A stretch of 64,000 bases of DNA, from the NCBI GenBank assembly GCA_965116495.1, contig OZ220696.1:1472001-1536000 (forward strand). Direction: 5' to 3'. Both the position numbers and the translations under genes were made by a program. The stretch is from Gammaproteobacteria bacterium (GTDB lineage: Bacteria; Pseudomonadota; Gammaproteobacteria; Eutrophobiales; Eutrophobiaceae). Below are positions 41,689 through 51,526 of this stretch, piece by piece. The notes beneath the pieces were generated by a model, which had not been told where the DNA came from, searched no databases, and saw nothing but the letters and a program-made list of their open reading frames with translations. Within the stretch, counting starts at the first letter, position 1, and each line of letters begins with the position of its first letter.

Positions 41689-43248
41689 TTATTCCCCAGC
41701 TTCGGAACGCAGACCCAGTACCAGGCACAGGCAGGACAGGAGCAGTACCAGGGTAAACGGCACGGCCATGGTGATGGTGCCTGCCTGTAATGCGCTCAAG
41801 GCGTCGTCGCCGCCGCCGATTAGCAGGGCTGCCGCAATGAGACCCAGCAAAACCGCCCAGAAGGCGCGCTGGTAGCGGGGTGAATCCAGTTTTCCTCCGA
41901 CAGTGATGATGTCTACAACCAGCGAACCGGAATCGGCCGAGGTGATAAAAAAAGTCAGTACCAGCACCACGGCCACCAGTGAAGCAAGGATGGTAAACGG
42001 CAGGTTCTCCAGCATATGGAACAGCGCCAGGGAGGGATCGTCAATGCCGCCCGCCAGTGCCCCGACACCCTGCTGGACCTGGTCCAGCGCAATGGCGCCG
42101 AACACCGACATCCAGATGGCGCTGACCAGTGCCGGCAGCAGCAACACTGCCGTTACGAACTCCCTGACTGTACGGCCCCTGGAAATACGGGCGATAAACA
42201 CGCCGACAAAAGGCGACCAGGAGATCCACCAGGCCCAATAAAACACGGTCCAGCCCTTGTACCATGCCTCATCTTCCCGACTGACCCAGTGGCTCAATGG
42301 AATGAAGTATGTCAGGTAGTGTGACAGGTTCTCACCGACGGCGGAAACAGCCGGTAAAGTGGGGCCGGCAACGACAACGAAAACAAGGAGCGACAGGGCA
42401 ACCGCTATATTGAAGTTGCTCAATACCTTGACACCCCGGTTCAGGCCGCGCATGACCGATATGATGGCAATCGCCGTGATCACGGCGATAATCAACAGTT
42501 GTGTCGTCAACCCGTTGTCAACGCCAAATACTGAGTGCAGCCCTCCAGTGGCTTGCTTCGCGCCCAGGCCAAGGGAAGTAGCCAGACCGAAGATGGTGGC
42601 AAAGACAGCCACCACGTCAATGACATGGCCCGGCCAGCGCCAGCAATACTCACCGAACAACGGATAAAATATGGAGCGGGTCACCAGCGGCAATCCCTTG
42701 TTGAATGAAAAAAAGGCCAGGGACAGCGCCACCACGGCAAAGATAGCCCAGGGGTGCAGGCCCCAGTGGAACAGTGTCGCCCCCATCGCAACGGCTGCCG
42801 CTTCCGGCGAATGGGGCTGTACATTCAGCGGCGTACCCGACCAGTTCGTGTAATAGGCGACCGGTTCGGCTACGCACCAGAACATCAGGCCGATACCCAT
42901 ACCTGCGGCAAACAGCATGGAAAACCAGGATAGCCGGGAAAACTCTGGTACCGCCGCCTCTCCGCCCAGGCGTACCTTCCCCCAGGGCAGCACGATCAAC
43001 AGCAGGCAAAAGATAACAAAAAAATTGCCGGAGATCATGACCAGCCAGTCGAAGTTTCCTATTGACCAGCTCTTGGCCTGTTCAAGAATCGCCTTCGCGT
43101 CCCGGGGGAATAATAACGTCCCTATTACGAAACCGATGGTGATGACCGCAGTGATAAAAAACACCGGGTTATGCAGTTCCATTCCAAACATGCGGACGTT
43201 GTCCTGGCCCACTTTATGAGAACTGTCGTAACGATTGCCGGATTGCAC
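41689..43248 (-). CDS. BCCT-family transporter (second)
   Basis: SWFSMLFAAGMGIG, FHWGLHPW, WTVFYWAWWISWSPFVG; start uncertain (GTG 43248 chosen). Confidence 0.93.
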   Translation of the reverse strand: MQSGNRYDSSHKVGQDNVRMFGMELHNPVFFITAVITIGFVIGTLLFPRDAKAILEQAKSWSIGNFDWLVMISGNFFVIFCLLLIVLPWGKVRLGGEAAVPEFSRLSWFSMLFAAGMGIGLMFWCVAEPVAYYTNWSGTPLNVQPHSPEAAAVAMGATLFHWGLHPWAIFAVVALSLAFFSFNKGLPLVTRSIFYPLFGEYCWRWPGHVIDVVAVFATIFGLATSLGLGAKQATGGLHSVFGVDNGLTTQLLIIAVITAIAIISVMRGLNRGVKVLSNFNIAVALSLLVFVVVAGPTLPAVSAVGENLSHYLTYFIPLSHWVSREDEAWYKGWTVFYWAWWISWSPFVGVFIARISRGRTVREFVTAVLLLPALVSAIWMSVFGAIALDQVQQGVGALAGGIDDPSLALFHMLENLPFTILASLVAVVLVLTFFITSADSGSLVVDIITVGGKLDSPRYQRAFWAVLLGLIAAALLIGGGDDALSALQAGTITMAVPFTLVLLLSCLCLVLGLRSEAGE

Positions 43249-43489
43249 TATATATCTGATTGAACGAAGTTTTTCTTCCCTGACACTATAACCCGGAACA
43301 GGATGTAAATCCATGTACCGATTGTACTTGACTACCTGCAAAATTAATGGAAAATTGCGCCACCTGCCGATAAGGAGGTGACAGAAGCCACCCATAAACT
43401 CAGGGGTTCAGACACTAATCGGGTTACTACTCTTGAAGCATTCAGGTCAACAAATAAAAAAAGCCGCGGATCCTGGCAGAGCGGTTTTT

Positions 43490-43775
43490 CCGTTGCCGAA
43501 AGCGCCTTGCTGGTAGGCACCCTGATGTTCGGCGGGTTGGCGCTGCTGCTGCCGGTCGGCGGGTTGTCAGGCCCCGTACTCAGTACCCAGGTGATGAAGT
43601 TCTTCGGTCCGGGCAGCCTGTATTACTTCGTGGCCCTGGTTTACCTGTTCATGGCGCTGTTCACCCTGTACCGGATGTCGGTGCGAGCGCCGATTACCGC
43701 CGGGGAGCAATCCCACGGCATGGCGGTCATATTGCAGACCTCACAGGTCATCGTGGCCGAGGCGATGTATGAAAC
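43490..43775 (+). pseudogene. 3' remnant of an MFS transporter gene (YcaD-like)
   Basis: GGLALLLPVGGLS|GPVLSTQVMKFFGP..LYRMSVRAP; no N-terminal half; boundaries approximate. Confidence 0.5.
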
Positions 43776-43850
43776 GACCCAAAATCCTCTCAGCTTCCTT
43801 CGTCAGGACCATCAACCAACCCGGCCGCTACGGCGACGGCCGCGGAGGTC
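43769..43850 (+). pseudogene. N-terminal remnant of a P4-type tyrosine integrase (arm-binding domain)
   Basis: MKRPKILSASFVRTINQPGRYGDGRGG preceded by GAGG; similarity stops at the RTX gene stop codon. Confidence 0.6.
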
Positions 43851-46482
43851 AGTGCATTACCGTCACTTCGTCCACAAAGAACACAAAATGGGCGTCCATC
43901 AAATCTGCCACATCCAAGTCCTTAAGCGTAACCGTTCCGCCACCATGGGAAGCCAAATCGATGACGAGACCGTTATCCTGTTGTAGTATGTCCAGGTCTT
44001 CCACAGACTGAATGTCCACAAACGCGGCAAGGTCCAATTTGTCTTCGCCATTGCCGAAATCCAGGATAGTGTCATTACCCTCCCCGGTGGCGAAAAAGGT
44101 ATCATCGCCTTCACCCCCATCCAGCACATCATCATCGGGGCCGCCCCGAAGCCGGTCATCGCCGGGACCACCTTCCAGGGTATCATTGCCGATGCCCCCG
44201 TAAAGCTTGTCATCACCGGGCCCGCCCAGCAACAAATCATCGCCGCCGCCGGGACCGCCGTACAACACGTCATTGCCGGCATCAGCGTCGATCCTGTTGT
44301 CTCTGAGATCACCCGCCAATACATCATCGAAGGTGGAGCCCAGGAGATTTTCTATGTCAGGCACCTCCATGGTCTGTACGTTGCCCTCGGAGTCGGTATA
44401 TTCGACTACATCCGTGCCCGCAAAAATATCACCTTCGGCCTCACCACCACTGGCCGTGCCGTCATGCAAACGCACTACCACACCTTCAGAGAAAAATATG
44501 GCCCCAAACAGGTAGGTAGCAGTGTCATTGCCTTCTCCGCCACGCAGCAGGTCCGCACCGGGACCCCCATTCAGCCAGTCATCACCTTCCCTGCCGTCCA
44601 ACTCGTCATCACCTCGGTCGCCACTGATGCGGTTGGGGCCATGGGCGCCGACCAATATGTCATCATAGACAGAACCTACCAGATCTTCGACATCAGGCAC
44701 TTCAATCTCCACGGTATCACCCGCGGAATTTATGTGCTCAACTGTCTTGCGACCGGGAAAGCTGTCGCCCTCAGCATCACCGCCCAGAGCCGTGCCATCA
44801 TACAAACGCACTTCCACAGCCTCGTCTGAATACAAATAATAGGCCAGATCATTACCAGCGCCGCCCCGCAGCACGTCGGCGCCTGCGCGGCCTTCCAGCA
44901 GATCATGGCCGCCTCTGCCGTCCAACTCATCATCGCCCCCGCGGCCTACCAATCGGTTCGACCCATCAGAGCCGACCAGTATGTCATCATGATAATAGCT
45001 GCCATACAGGTTCTCGATGTCAGGGATCTCAATTTCCACGCTATCACCCGCGGCGTTTTCGTACTCAATCGTCTGCTTGCCGGGAAAGGTATCGCCATCG
45101 GCATAGCCTCCGCGAGCCACACCGTCATGCAGGCTTACTTCCACCCCTTCATTCGATGAGAAGTAGCCGACTGTATCATTGCCCTCACCACCAATAAGCA
45201 CATCCGCGCCAGCGCCGCCCCAAAGCCTGTCATTGCCTTCCTTGCCATCCAGCGTATCATCACCGTAATAACCCCACAGCCAGTTTGCATCCTGGTTACC
45301 GACCAGCACGTCTTCATGGACAGAGCCAAACAGGTCGGAGATATCAAGAATCTCGATTTCCGTTACTTCCTTATCCGCACCAGGGAAGTAAAATGAAAGC
45401 AAGCCCTCCACAGAACCGGGTAAGTCGAAGTCCCACTCCACGGCTCCACCCCGCGTTTGCTCTATGGTCTTCGTGTTAGGAAATGTATCTCCTTCTGCAT
45501 CGCCACCACGAGCCGTGCCGTCATCCAGGCGCACCTCCACGCCGGCGTCGGAATACTGGTAGGAAGCAATATCCCAGTTGCCACTGCCAATGAGGGTGTC
45601 CGCGCCGGGACCGCCTTCGAGCCAGTCCCATCCTGCCCCGCCGTCCAGTACGTCATTACCGGGACCACCGATGAGCCGGGTGTGAAAGTAGTCGCTTGCC
45701 TCCGTGCCGGTAAGGCTCAGCGCTTCCGCGTTAATGTCATACACTGCCAACTGGTAGCGGCCGGAATTGTCCTGGGTCGGGTTACCCGTGAAGGCGCCGA
45801 CGCTGAGGTAGTACGTGGCCGTGACCTCGGGTGAGAACATCAGCTTTGAATTAACCATCCCCGCGGCATAGTCCACGTCGTCATGAAAGCCCACCTGCTC
45901 CCCTGCCTGGTTGTAAATCCTGAGCACTGTATCCGTGTCCGCATCAGGCCCGATACCTTGCAGCCTGATGTCATAGGTTTTCCCTTCGCTCAGCTCTACC
46001 TTGATCCAGTCCTGGTCAAACTTGCTGTCCAGCGTGCCCTGGAATCGCCCGCCCACAGAAACTGTCAGGAGGGTCTCAAGGTTATCGTCTGCCTCGTCAA
46101 ATACGGTAATTTCATAAGTGCCGACGTTATCCCTGCGCTGGCTCGGATAACCGCTGGCGCTGAGGTAATACGCACCGGTGTGTTCCGGGCTGAACTCCAG
46201 CATGGAGAAGAGGTTGTAGGATTCATTTTCGATATCGTCATTGCTGGCAACCTCCTGGCCCTCGGAGTCGTAAATCGTCAGCACGGTATCCGTCACTGCA
46301 TCGGGCCCGGTGCCGCTGAGCCTGATGTTATAGTTTCTCCCTTCCACCAGCTCAACCCTGATCCAGTCCTCATCAGACCTGTCCGATATAACGCCTTCAA
46401 AGCCCTCACCGACGGATATTGTGTATGCCGTGTCAATAGATGCGGTCGCATCCCGAGTATTGTCTTCAGTCGAATGTGTCAT
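43849..46482 (-). CDS. RTX calcium-binding protein with two N-terminal PPC-like domains
   Basis: DxDWIxVEL..DTVLxIY..TGAYYL PPC repeats; many GGxGxD nonamers; four GTARGGDAEGDTF modules; no Sec signal. Confidence 0.88.
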   Translation of the reverse strand: MTHSTEDNTRDATASIDTAYTISVGEGFEGVISDRSDEDWIRVELVEGRNYNIRLSGTGPDAVTDTVLTIYDSEGQEVASNDDIENESYNLFSMLEFSPEHTGAYYLSASGYPSQRRDNVGTYEITVFDEADDNLETLLTVSVGGRFQGTLDSKFDQDWIKVELSEGKTYDIRLQGIGPDADTDTVLRIYNQAGEQVGFHDDVDYAAGMVNSKLMFSPEVTATYYLSVGAFTGNPTQDNSGRYQLAVYDINAEALSLTGTEASDYFHTRLIGGPGNDVLDGGAGWDWLEGGPGADTLIGSGNWDIASYQYSDAGVEVRLDDGTARGGDAEGDTFPNTKTIEQTRGGAVEWDFDLPGSVEGLLSFYFPGADKEVTEIEILDISDLFGSVHEDVLVGNQDANWLWGYYGDDTLDGKEGNDRLWGGAGADVLIGGEGNDTVGYFSSNEGVEVSLHDGVARGGYADGDTFPGKQTIEYENAAGDSVEIEIPDIENLYGSYYHDDILVGSDGSNRLVGRGGDDELDGRGGHDLLEGRAGADVLRGGAGNDLAYYLYSDEAVEVRLYDGTALGGDAEGDSFPGRKTVEHINSAGDTVEIEVPDVEDLVGSVYDDILVGAHGPNRISGDRGDDELDGREGDDWLNGGPGADLLRGGEGNDTATYLFGAIFFSEGVVVRLHDGTASGGEAEGDIFAGTDVVEYTDSEGNVQTMEVPDIENLLGSTFDDVLAGDLRDNRIDADAGNDVLYGGPGGGDDLLLGGPGDDKLYGGIGNDTLEGGPGDDRLRGGPDDDVLDGGEGDDTFFATGEGNDTILDFGNGEDKLDLAAFVDIQSVEDLDILQQDNGLVIDLASHGGGTVTLKDLDVADLMDAHFVFFVDEVTVMH

Positions 46483-46747
46483 TGCCTCTCCCCTGTCATG
46501 AAAAAAAACTCAGCCCGCCTATAATGGGCCAACTCAAATAATATACTATTTTAATGATGTTTAGTTTCTCTAGAAATGCAAATTGGTGACCTCCTCCCTA
46601 AATATTTACCCACCTGTCGCTTAATATTTTCCCATAAACAACGATCCATCAATCAGTTCTGATAATAGACAAAGTGATAACTTAATGATTTAATATCATA
46701 TTAATTTACTATAATATCAATGAGTTATAAATTACAAAGGGCGGAAT

Positions 46748-47563
46748 TCAATTCCGTCCCCGTATCCTTGTAACATCGGGGATGAAGAGTTGCTCGCCTG
46801 AAATCCTGAATTCACGAATAATACGCTGCCCCTGCTCTCCCCGGATGAAGTCCACGTATTTCTGCGCCAGCGCCGTTTGGATATGGGGGTGTTTTTCGGG
46901 ATTAATGAGGATAACGTGGTAAGGATTGCGTAGCTCCGCTGCGCCTTGATGGACGATTACCAAATCTGTCTTGCCTTTAAATGCCAGGTACGTGCCCCTG
47001 TCAGACAGCGTGTACGCCTGCCTGTCATCGGTGATCTTCAATACGGCGCCCATTCCCTGGCCGACAGACAAGTACCATTCCCCTTCCGGCATGACGCGGG
47101 CCGCCTGCCAGAGAGCTATTTCTTTCTTGTGTGTCCCCGAAGCATCCCCTCTCGAGATAAAACCGGCAGCGGATTGTGCAATCCGAGTCATGGCGTCTGC
47201 CAGGGAATTCGCCGCGGCCACGGCTGCCGGGTCTGCGGCCGGACCGGCCAGGACAAAATCGTTGTGCATGACAGGCAGACGTTCCACACCGTAGCCGCTC
47301 TGCACGAATTCCTGTTCCGCTGCCGGCGCGTGAACCATGACCACGTCCACGTCGCCGTTCTCCGCCAGACGCAAGGCCTTGCCGCTGCCGACGGCGATCA
47401 CATCCACCGTGACGTTGTACCGCTCTTCAAAAGGCGGGTGCAGCAGGGATAGCAAGCCCGAGTTTTCCGTGCTGGTGGTGGTGGCCAGCCTTAATCGTTG
47501 TTCCGCACAAACAGTGTTTGAAATTAAAACTGCCGAGAGTAATGAGCATAAAACTCTCTTCAT
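46748..47563 (-). CDS. tupA: Tungstate ABC transporter substrate-binding protein
   Basis: LATTTSTENSGLL, VHAP, FISRGDASGTHKKE, YTLSDRGTY. Confidence 0.88.
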   Translation of the reverse strand: MKRVLCSLLSAVLISNTVCAEQRLRLATTTSTENSGLLSLLHPPFEERYNVTVDVIAVGSGKALRLAENGDVDVVMVHAPAAEQEFVQSGYGVERLPVMHNDFVLAGPAADPAAVAAANSLADAMTRIAQSAAGFISRGDASGTHKKEIALWQAARVMPEGEWYLSVGQGMGAVLKITDDRQAYTLSDRGTYLAFKGKTDLVIVHQGAAELRNPYHVILINPEKHPHIQTALAQKYVDFIRGEQGQRIIREFRISGEQLFIPDVTRIRGRN

Positions 47564-47770
47564 TGCTAATTTAATTTCATGCCATCGGCCATTGTCATCA
47601 CGTCTTGCAGGTATTTGTCATAGTAGTATCTGAGTTGTGAATCTTGTGTACGAAAAGCATAGCAAACATCCCCCTTGTAAATTTTCTACTAATTTCCAGT
47701 GGCTGGAAGATTGTACCAATTTTCACTATGATCTAAATTTTGGTTCTTCAGACTTTTCTGTGGGTTCATA

Positions 47771-50209
47771 TTAAGCTGTGAGGCGTTCGTTGTCGGGGTC
47801 GAACGGGCTCTCCGGGACCACGACGGCCCGGTAGTTTTTGTTGAGGATATCGATCTCCATTTCAGTGCCTGCTACCGCGTATTCCGGCTTAACCATACCC
47901 AACGCCAGGGATTTGCCGACCCGGAAGCCAAAACCGCCTCCGGTGGCGCGCCCGATCAGTTCGCCATCCCTGGTCAGGGCATTGTTTCCCAGCGCATCGG
48001 CATCATCTGTGTCATGGACTTCCAGGGTGGCCAGTCTGTAGTTGAGACCGCGTTCCCTGCCTGCCAGCAGTTGTTCGCGGCCCAGGAAGTCCCCCTTATC
48101 CGGGAATACGAAGCGGTCCATTGCCGATTCCCAGGCGGAGTATTCGATGGACAACTCGGTGCCTACCATGCGATAGGATTTCTCCAGGCGCAGCGAATCC
48201 ATGGCGCGGATGCCGAAAGGCTGCAGACCCAGGTCTTCACCGGCTTTAAACAGCGCATCGAACAACGCGTTCTGCCGGTCGATGGGGTGATGCAGTTCCC
48301 AGCCCAGTTCGCCCACGTAGTTCAGCCGCAGGGCATGCACCGGTATCCCGGCCATATCGACCTGCCTGGCAGCCAGGAACGGGAATGCCCTATTGGACAA
48401 ATCATCAGTAGACACGCGTTGCAACAAGTGACGGGCAAAAGGACCGGCAACGACGAATACGCCGATGTTGTCGGTCAGGTGCTCGTAGTTAACCGAACCG
48501 TCGGCGGGCATAAATTTTGCCAGGTAATCGTGATCCAGTCTTTGCAATGCGGCAGCCGACACCAGGTAGAACGAATCTTCGGCCTCGCGGGTGATGGTAA
48601 ATTCTGAATGGATACCGCCGCGCCGGTTGAGTGAATGGCAGAGACGTATCCGTCCTGTCTTTGCGGGCAACCGGTTGGCGACCATGAAGTCCAGAAACGC
48701 CTCGGCGCCCGGCCCTGATATCCGGCACTTGGCAAATGGCGTCATATCCAGCAGCCCTACTCTCCGGTTCACGTGCAGCGCCTCTTTTCCAATGGCTTCG
48801 AACCAGCGCGACCTGCGGAACGACCATTCATCCTGCCGTAGCATGCCGTCTACGGCAAACCAGTTAGGCCGCTCCCAACCGAATTTCTGCCCGAATACGG
48901 CCCCCATTTCCATCAGACGGCCATAACAGGGCGCGGTCTTCAGCGGGCGGGCCGCCGGCCGCTCCTCATCGGGGTAATGGATGATGAACACATGGGAGTA
49001 GGCTTCCTTATTCTTTTTGACGAGATAATCCTTACTGACGTAATCGCCATAGCGGCGCGGCTCAACCCCCAGCATGTCAATACCGGGTTCACCTTCGACT
49101 ATCCATTCCGCCAGTTGCCTGCCGGCGCCGCCGGCTGCGGTAATACCAAAGCTGTGGCCTTCGTTGAGCCAGAAGTTCCTCAGGCCCCAGGCCGGACCGA
49201 CGATGGGGTTGCCGTCCGGGGTGTAGGCGATAGCACCGTTGTATACCTGCTTGATGCCGCATTCGGCAAAGGCCGGCACCCGGTTCATCGCTGCCTCGAT
49301 ATGGGGTTCCAGGCGCTCGATATCTTCCTGGAACAGTTCATATTCTGCGGTCTCGTCGGGACCGTCCACGTAACAGCAGGGCGCACCTCTCTCATAGGGA
49401 CCCAGGATAAATCCCTGGTTTTCCTCGCGCAGGTACCAGGAGCCGTCGGATTCACGCAGGACAGCCATCTCAGGCAGGTCCTGCCCGGCCCGGGCAACCA
49501 GGTCGGGGTGGGATTCCGTCACGATATACTGGTGTTCAACCGGCATCACCGGGATGTCCAGACCGACCATGGCCCCGGTGCGGCGGGCATAGTTGCCCGT
49601 CGCGGAGACGACGTGTTCGCAGGTGATGTCGCCTCTTGCGGTCCTGACCCGCCATTCCCCCGTGGCGCTGCGTTCAATGCCTTCGACCATGGTGTTGCGG
49701 TAAATCAGCGCACCGCGCGCCCGGGCGCCTTTTGCCAGGGCCTGGGTCAGGTCAGCCGGCTGGATATAACCGTCTTCAGGATGGAACAGCGCGCCGACCA
49801 ACCCGTCCGTATTGCACAGGGGCCAGATTTCTCCTATTTGTCCCGGTGTCAGGAATTCAACATTGACCCCAATAGTGCGGGCAGTCGCCGCGTATTGATA
49901 GTACTCATCCATACGCTCCCGGTTCATGGCCAGGCGCAGGTTGCCGACCCGCTTGAAGCCGACCTGTTGTCCGGTTTCAGCCTCAAGTTGCTGGTAAAGA
50001 TTTACCGAATATTTGTGGATCTGGCCGACGCTGTAGCTCATGTTGAACAGCGGCAGCAGGCCGGCAGCATGCCAGGTGGAACCGGACGTCAGTTCCGCTT
50101 TTTCCACCAGCACGACATCTTCCCCCCAGCCTTTTAGGGCCAGGTGATACAGGGTGCTGACACCGACAACACCGCCGCCTATAACCACTACCCGGGCGTG
50201 TGTTTTCAT
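47771..50209 (-). CDS. GcvT-family dimethylglycine dehydrogenase-like protein
   Basis: MKTHARVVVIGGGVVG, LTSGSTWHAAGLLPLFNMSYSVG, GWERPNWF, SLRLEKSY. Confidence 0.9.
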   Translation of the reverse strand: MKTHARVVVIGGGVVGVSTLYHLALKGWGEDVVLVEKAELTSGSTWHAAGLLPLFNMSYSVGQIHKYSVNLYQQLEAETGQQVGFKRVGNLRLAMNRERMDEYYQYAATARTIGVNVEFLTPGQIGEIWPLCNTDGLVGALFHPEDGYIQPADLTQALAKGARARGALIYRNTMVEGIERSATGEWRVRTARGDITCEHVVSATGNYARRTGAMVGLDIPVMPVEHQYIVTESHPDLVARAGQDLPEMAVLRESDGSWYLREENQGFILGPYERGAPCCYVDGPDETAEYELFQEDIERLEPHIEAAMNRVPAFAECGIKQVYNGAIAYTPDGNPIVGPAWGLRNFWLNEGHSFGITAAGGAGRQLAEWIVEGEPGIDMLGVEPRRYGDYVSKDYLVKKNKEAYSHVFIIHYPDEERPAARPLKTAPCYGRLMEMGAVFGQKFGWERPNWFAVDGMLRQDEWSFRRSRWFEAIGKEALHVNRRVGLLDMTPFAKCRISGPGAEAFLDFMVANRLPAKTGRIRLCHSLNRRGGIHSEFTITREAEDSFYLVSAAALQRLDHDYLAKFMPADGSVNYEHLTDNIGVFVVAGPFARHLLQRVSTDDLSNRAFPFLAARQVDMAGIPVHALRLNYVGELGWELHHPIDRQNALFDALFKAGEDLGLQPFGIRAMDSLRLEKSYRMVGTELSIEYSAWESAMDRFVFPDKGDFLGREQLLAGRERGLNYRLATLEVHDTDDADALGNNALTRDGELIGRATGGGFGFRVGKSLALGMVKPEYAVAGTEMEIDILNKNYRAVVVPESPFDPDNERLTA

Positions 50210-50285
50210 GGTTTTAGGTACCTGGTAATGAGATCACACAGACACGCATATTAAGCGGCAGAAAATGACCGCTTAATCACGAGAA

Positions 50286-50311
50286 CGACCGGGATTAGTC
50301 AAAATACGCCA
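50286..50311 (-). promoter_or_regulatory. TGGCG-N16-GGTCG putative GlxA/GbdR-type box
   Basis: Upstream of the dehydrogenase start at 50209, 21-bp spacing. Confidence 0.45.
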
Positions 50312-50339
50312 TCAGAAAGGGAATCCTGATCCTGATGGC

Positions 50340-50396
50340 CATCCCTGGCTCTCTCCAATTCCTGCTTCCTAATTCCTAATTCTTAATTCCTAATTT
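50340..50396 (-). mobile_element. Heptamer-array cassette remnant (one arm plus leader and ATG, no ORF)
   Basis: GAATTGGAGAGAGCCAGGGATG matches 19/22 the leader GAATTGGAGTGAGTCAAGGATG of the four-helix gene. Confidence 0.65.
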
Positions 50397-50857
50397 TCTT
50401 CTTTTGCTGCCTGCGCGGCATCCCAGGCTTCCTGGACGGTCTGCCAGGTCACCAGGGCAACGGTATTACCATCATCGTCAACAAAATTCAGGGGGCCGAG
50501 AAACGTCATGTAAAACTCACTGTCTTCAAGAAAGTTTGTCAACCCATGAAAAGCCTGGCATGCCTCGTAGCCGTAGGCGGGGGCTTTTACGCTGACGCCA
50601 CCTTCTTCTTCGCCGCCCCGGACTTCCATGTGACCTTTCGTCAGGAAATATTCGCCGGGACCGATATGTACGTGGCTGGCAAAAGACGAGCCTTTCGGGC
50701 AATCGTATATGGCTGCCCAGGAACCCAGTTCGGGCGCCACGTTCAACAATTTCCAGCGTATGCCGCCCTGGCTCAACGGCCCCGGAAAATCTACCCAGTC
50801 AACTTCATCGATCTGCACAGAACGGCCGGGGACAGGGTCATACTTTTGTGGATTCAT
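50390..50857 (-). CDS. dke1: Acetylacetone (beta-diketone)-cleaving dioxygenase, Dke1-like cupin
   Basis: GSSFASHVHIGPGEYFLTKGHMEVRGG...FHG...FYMTFLGPLNF closely follows Acinetobacter johnsonii Dke1 as recalled; 3-His site present. Confidence 0.85.
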   Translation of the reverse strand: MNPQKYDPVPGRSVQIDEVDWVDFPGPLSQGGIRWKLLNVAPELGSWAAIYDCPKGSSFASHVHIGPGEYFLTKGHMEVRGGEEEGGVSVKAPAYGYEACQAFHGLTNFLEDSEFYMTFLGPLNFVDDDGNTVALVTWQTVQEAWDAAQAAKEEN

Positions 50858-50893
50858 GTTATTACCTCCTCATATATCAGGTTTTTTTACTGG

Positions 50894-51430
50894 TTACTGG
50901 TTACATAAAGCTGCCGATATTCCTGCTTCCAGTATTTCAATCCAGTATCCGTCCGGATCTTTAATGAAAGCGATACCCTTCATCTTGCCGTCATCCGGCC
51001 GCTTGACGAATTCTACCCCTAACTCCTCGAAGCGGCTACAGGCTTGATAAACATCGGGAACGGACAGTCCTATGTGGCCGTAACCACGCGGGTCATTGTT
51101 ACCGTTATGGTAACCATCAAATGATTCGTCATTTTCCGTGCCCCAGTTATGGGTCAGTTCCAGTAACGCTTTTTGCTCAAACGTGTAGGTTGTCCGTTCC
51201 AGCGGGTCCTGTGGAACAGGCCCATCTTCCGGCCGGACATAGCCCATAAAGAACAACGAGAATTCCATCTCGGGGAAGTCAAGTTTCTTGACCAGGGTCA
51301 TGCCCAGCACGTCCCGGTAAAACGCAAGGGAACGTTCCGGGTCCTTGATGCGAAGCATGGTCTGGTTGAATACAAACCCTTCCGTTTCAGGGGACTTCGT
51401 AATGCCGCCCTCTTGAACCGTATCACTCAT
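50894..51430 (-). CDS. gloA: Lactoylglutathione lyase (glyoxalase I, long type)
   Basis: [37 protein letters not shown]. Confidence 0.95.
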   Translation of the reverse strand: MSDTVQEGGITKSPETEGFVFNQTMLRIKDPERSLAFYRDVLGMTLVKKLDFPEMEFSLFFMGYVRPEDGPVPQDPLERTTYTFEQKALLELTHNWGTENDESFDGYHNGNNDPRGYGHIGLSVPDVYQACSRFEELGVEFVKRPDDGKMKGIAFIKDPDGYWIEILEAGISAALCNQ

Positions 51431-51526
51431 TGCGTATATACCCTTTTCAATCTCTCACAGAGCCTTACATGACCCGTCCCTGGGCATAACTTTAACCCGT
51501 GACTGCGTTTACAGGAACCGTATCCA

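Noticed and set aside
43378-43986. 202-aa ORF as an intact gene
   Set aside because: Chimeric read-through of intergenic DNA, MFS remnant, integrase remnant and RTX antisense
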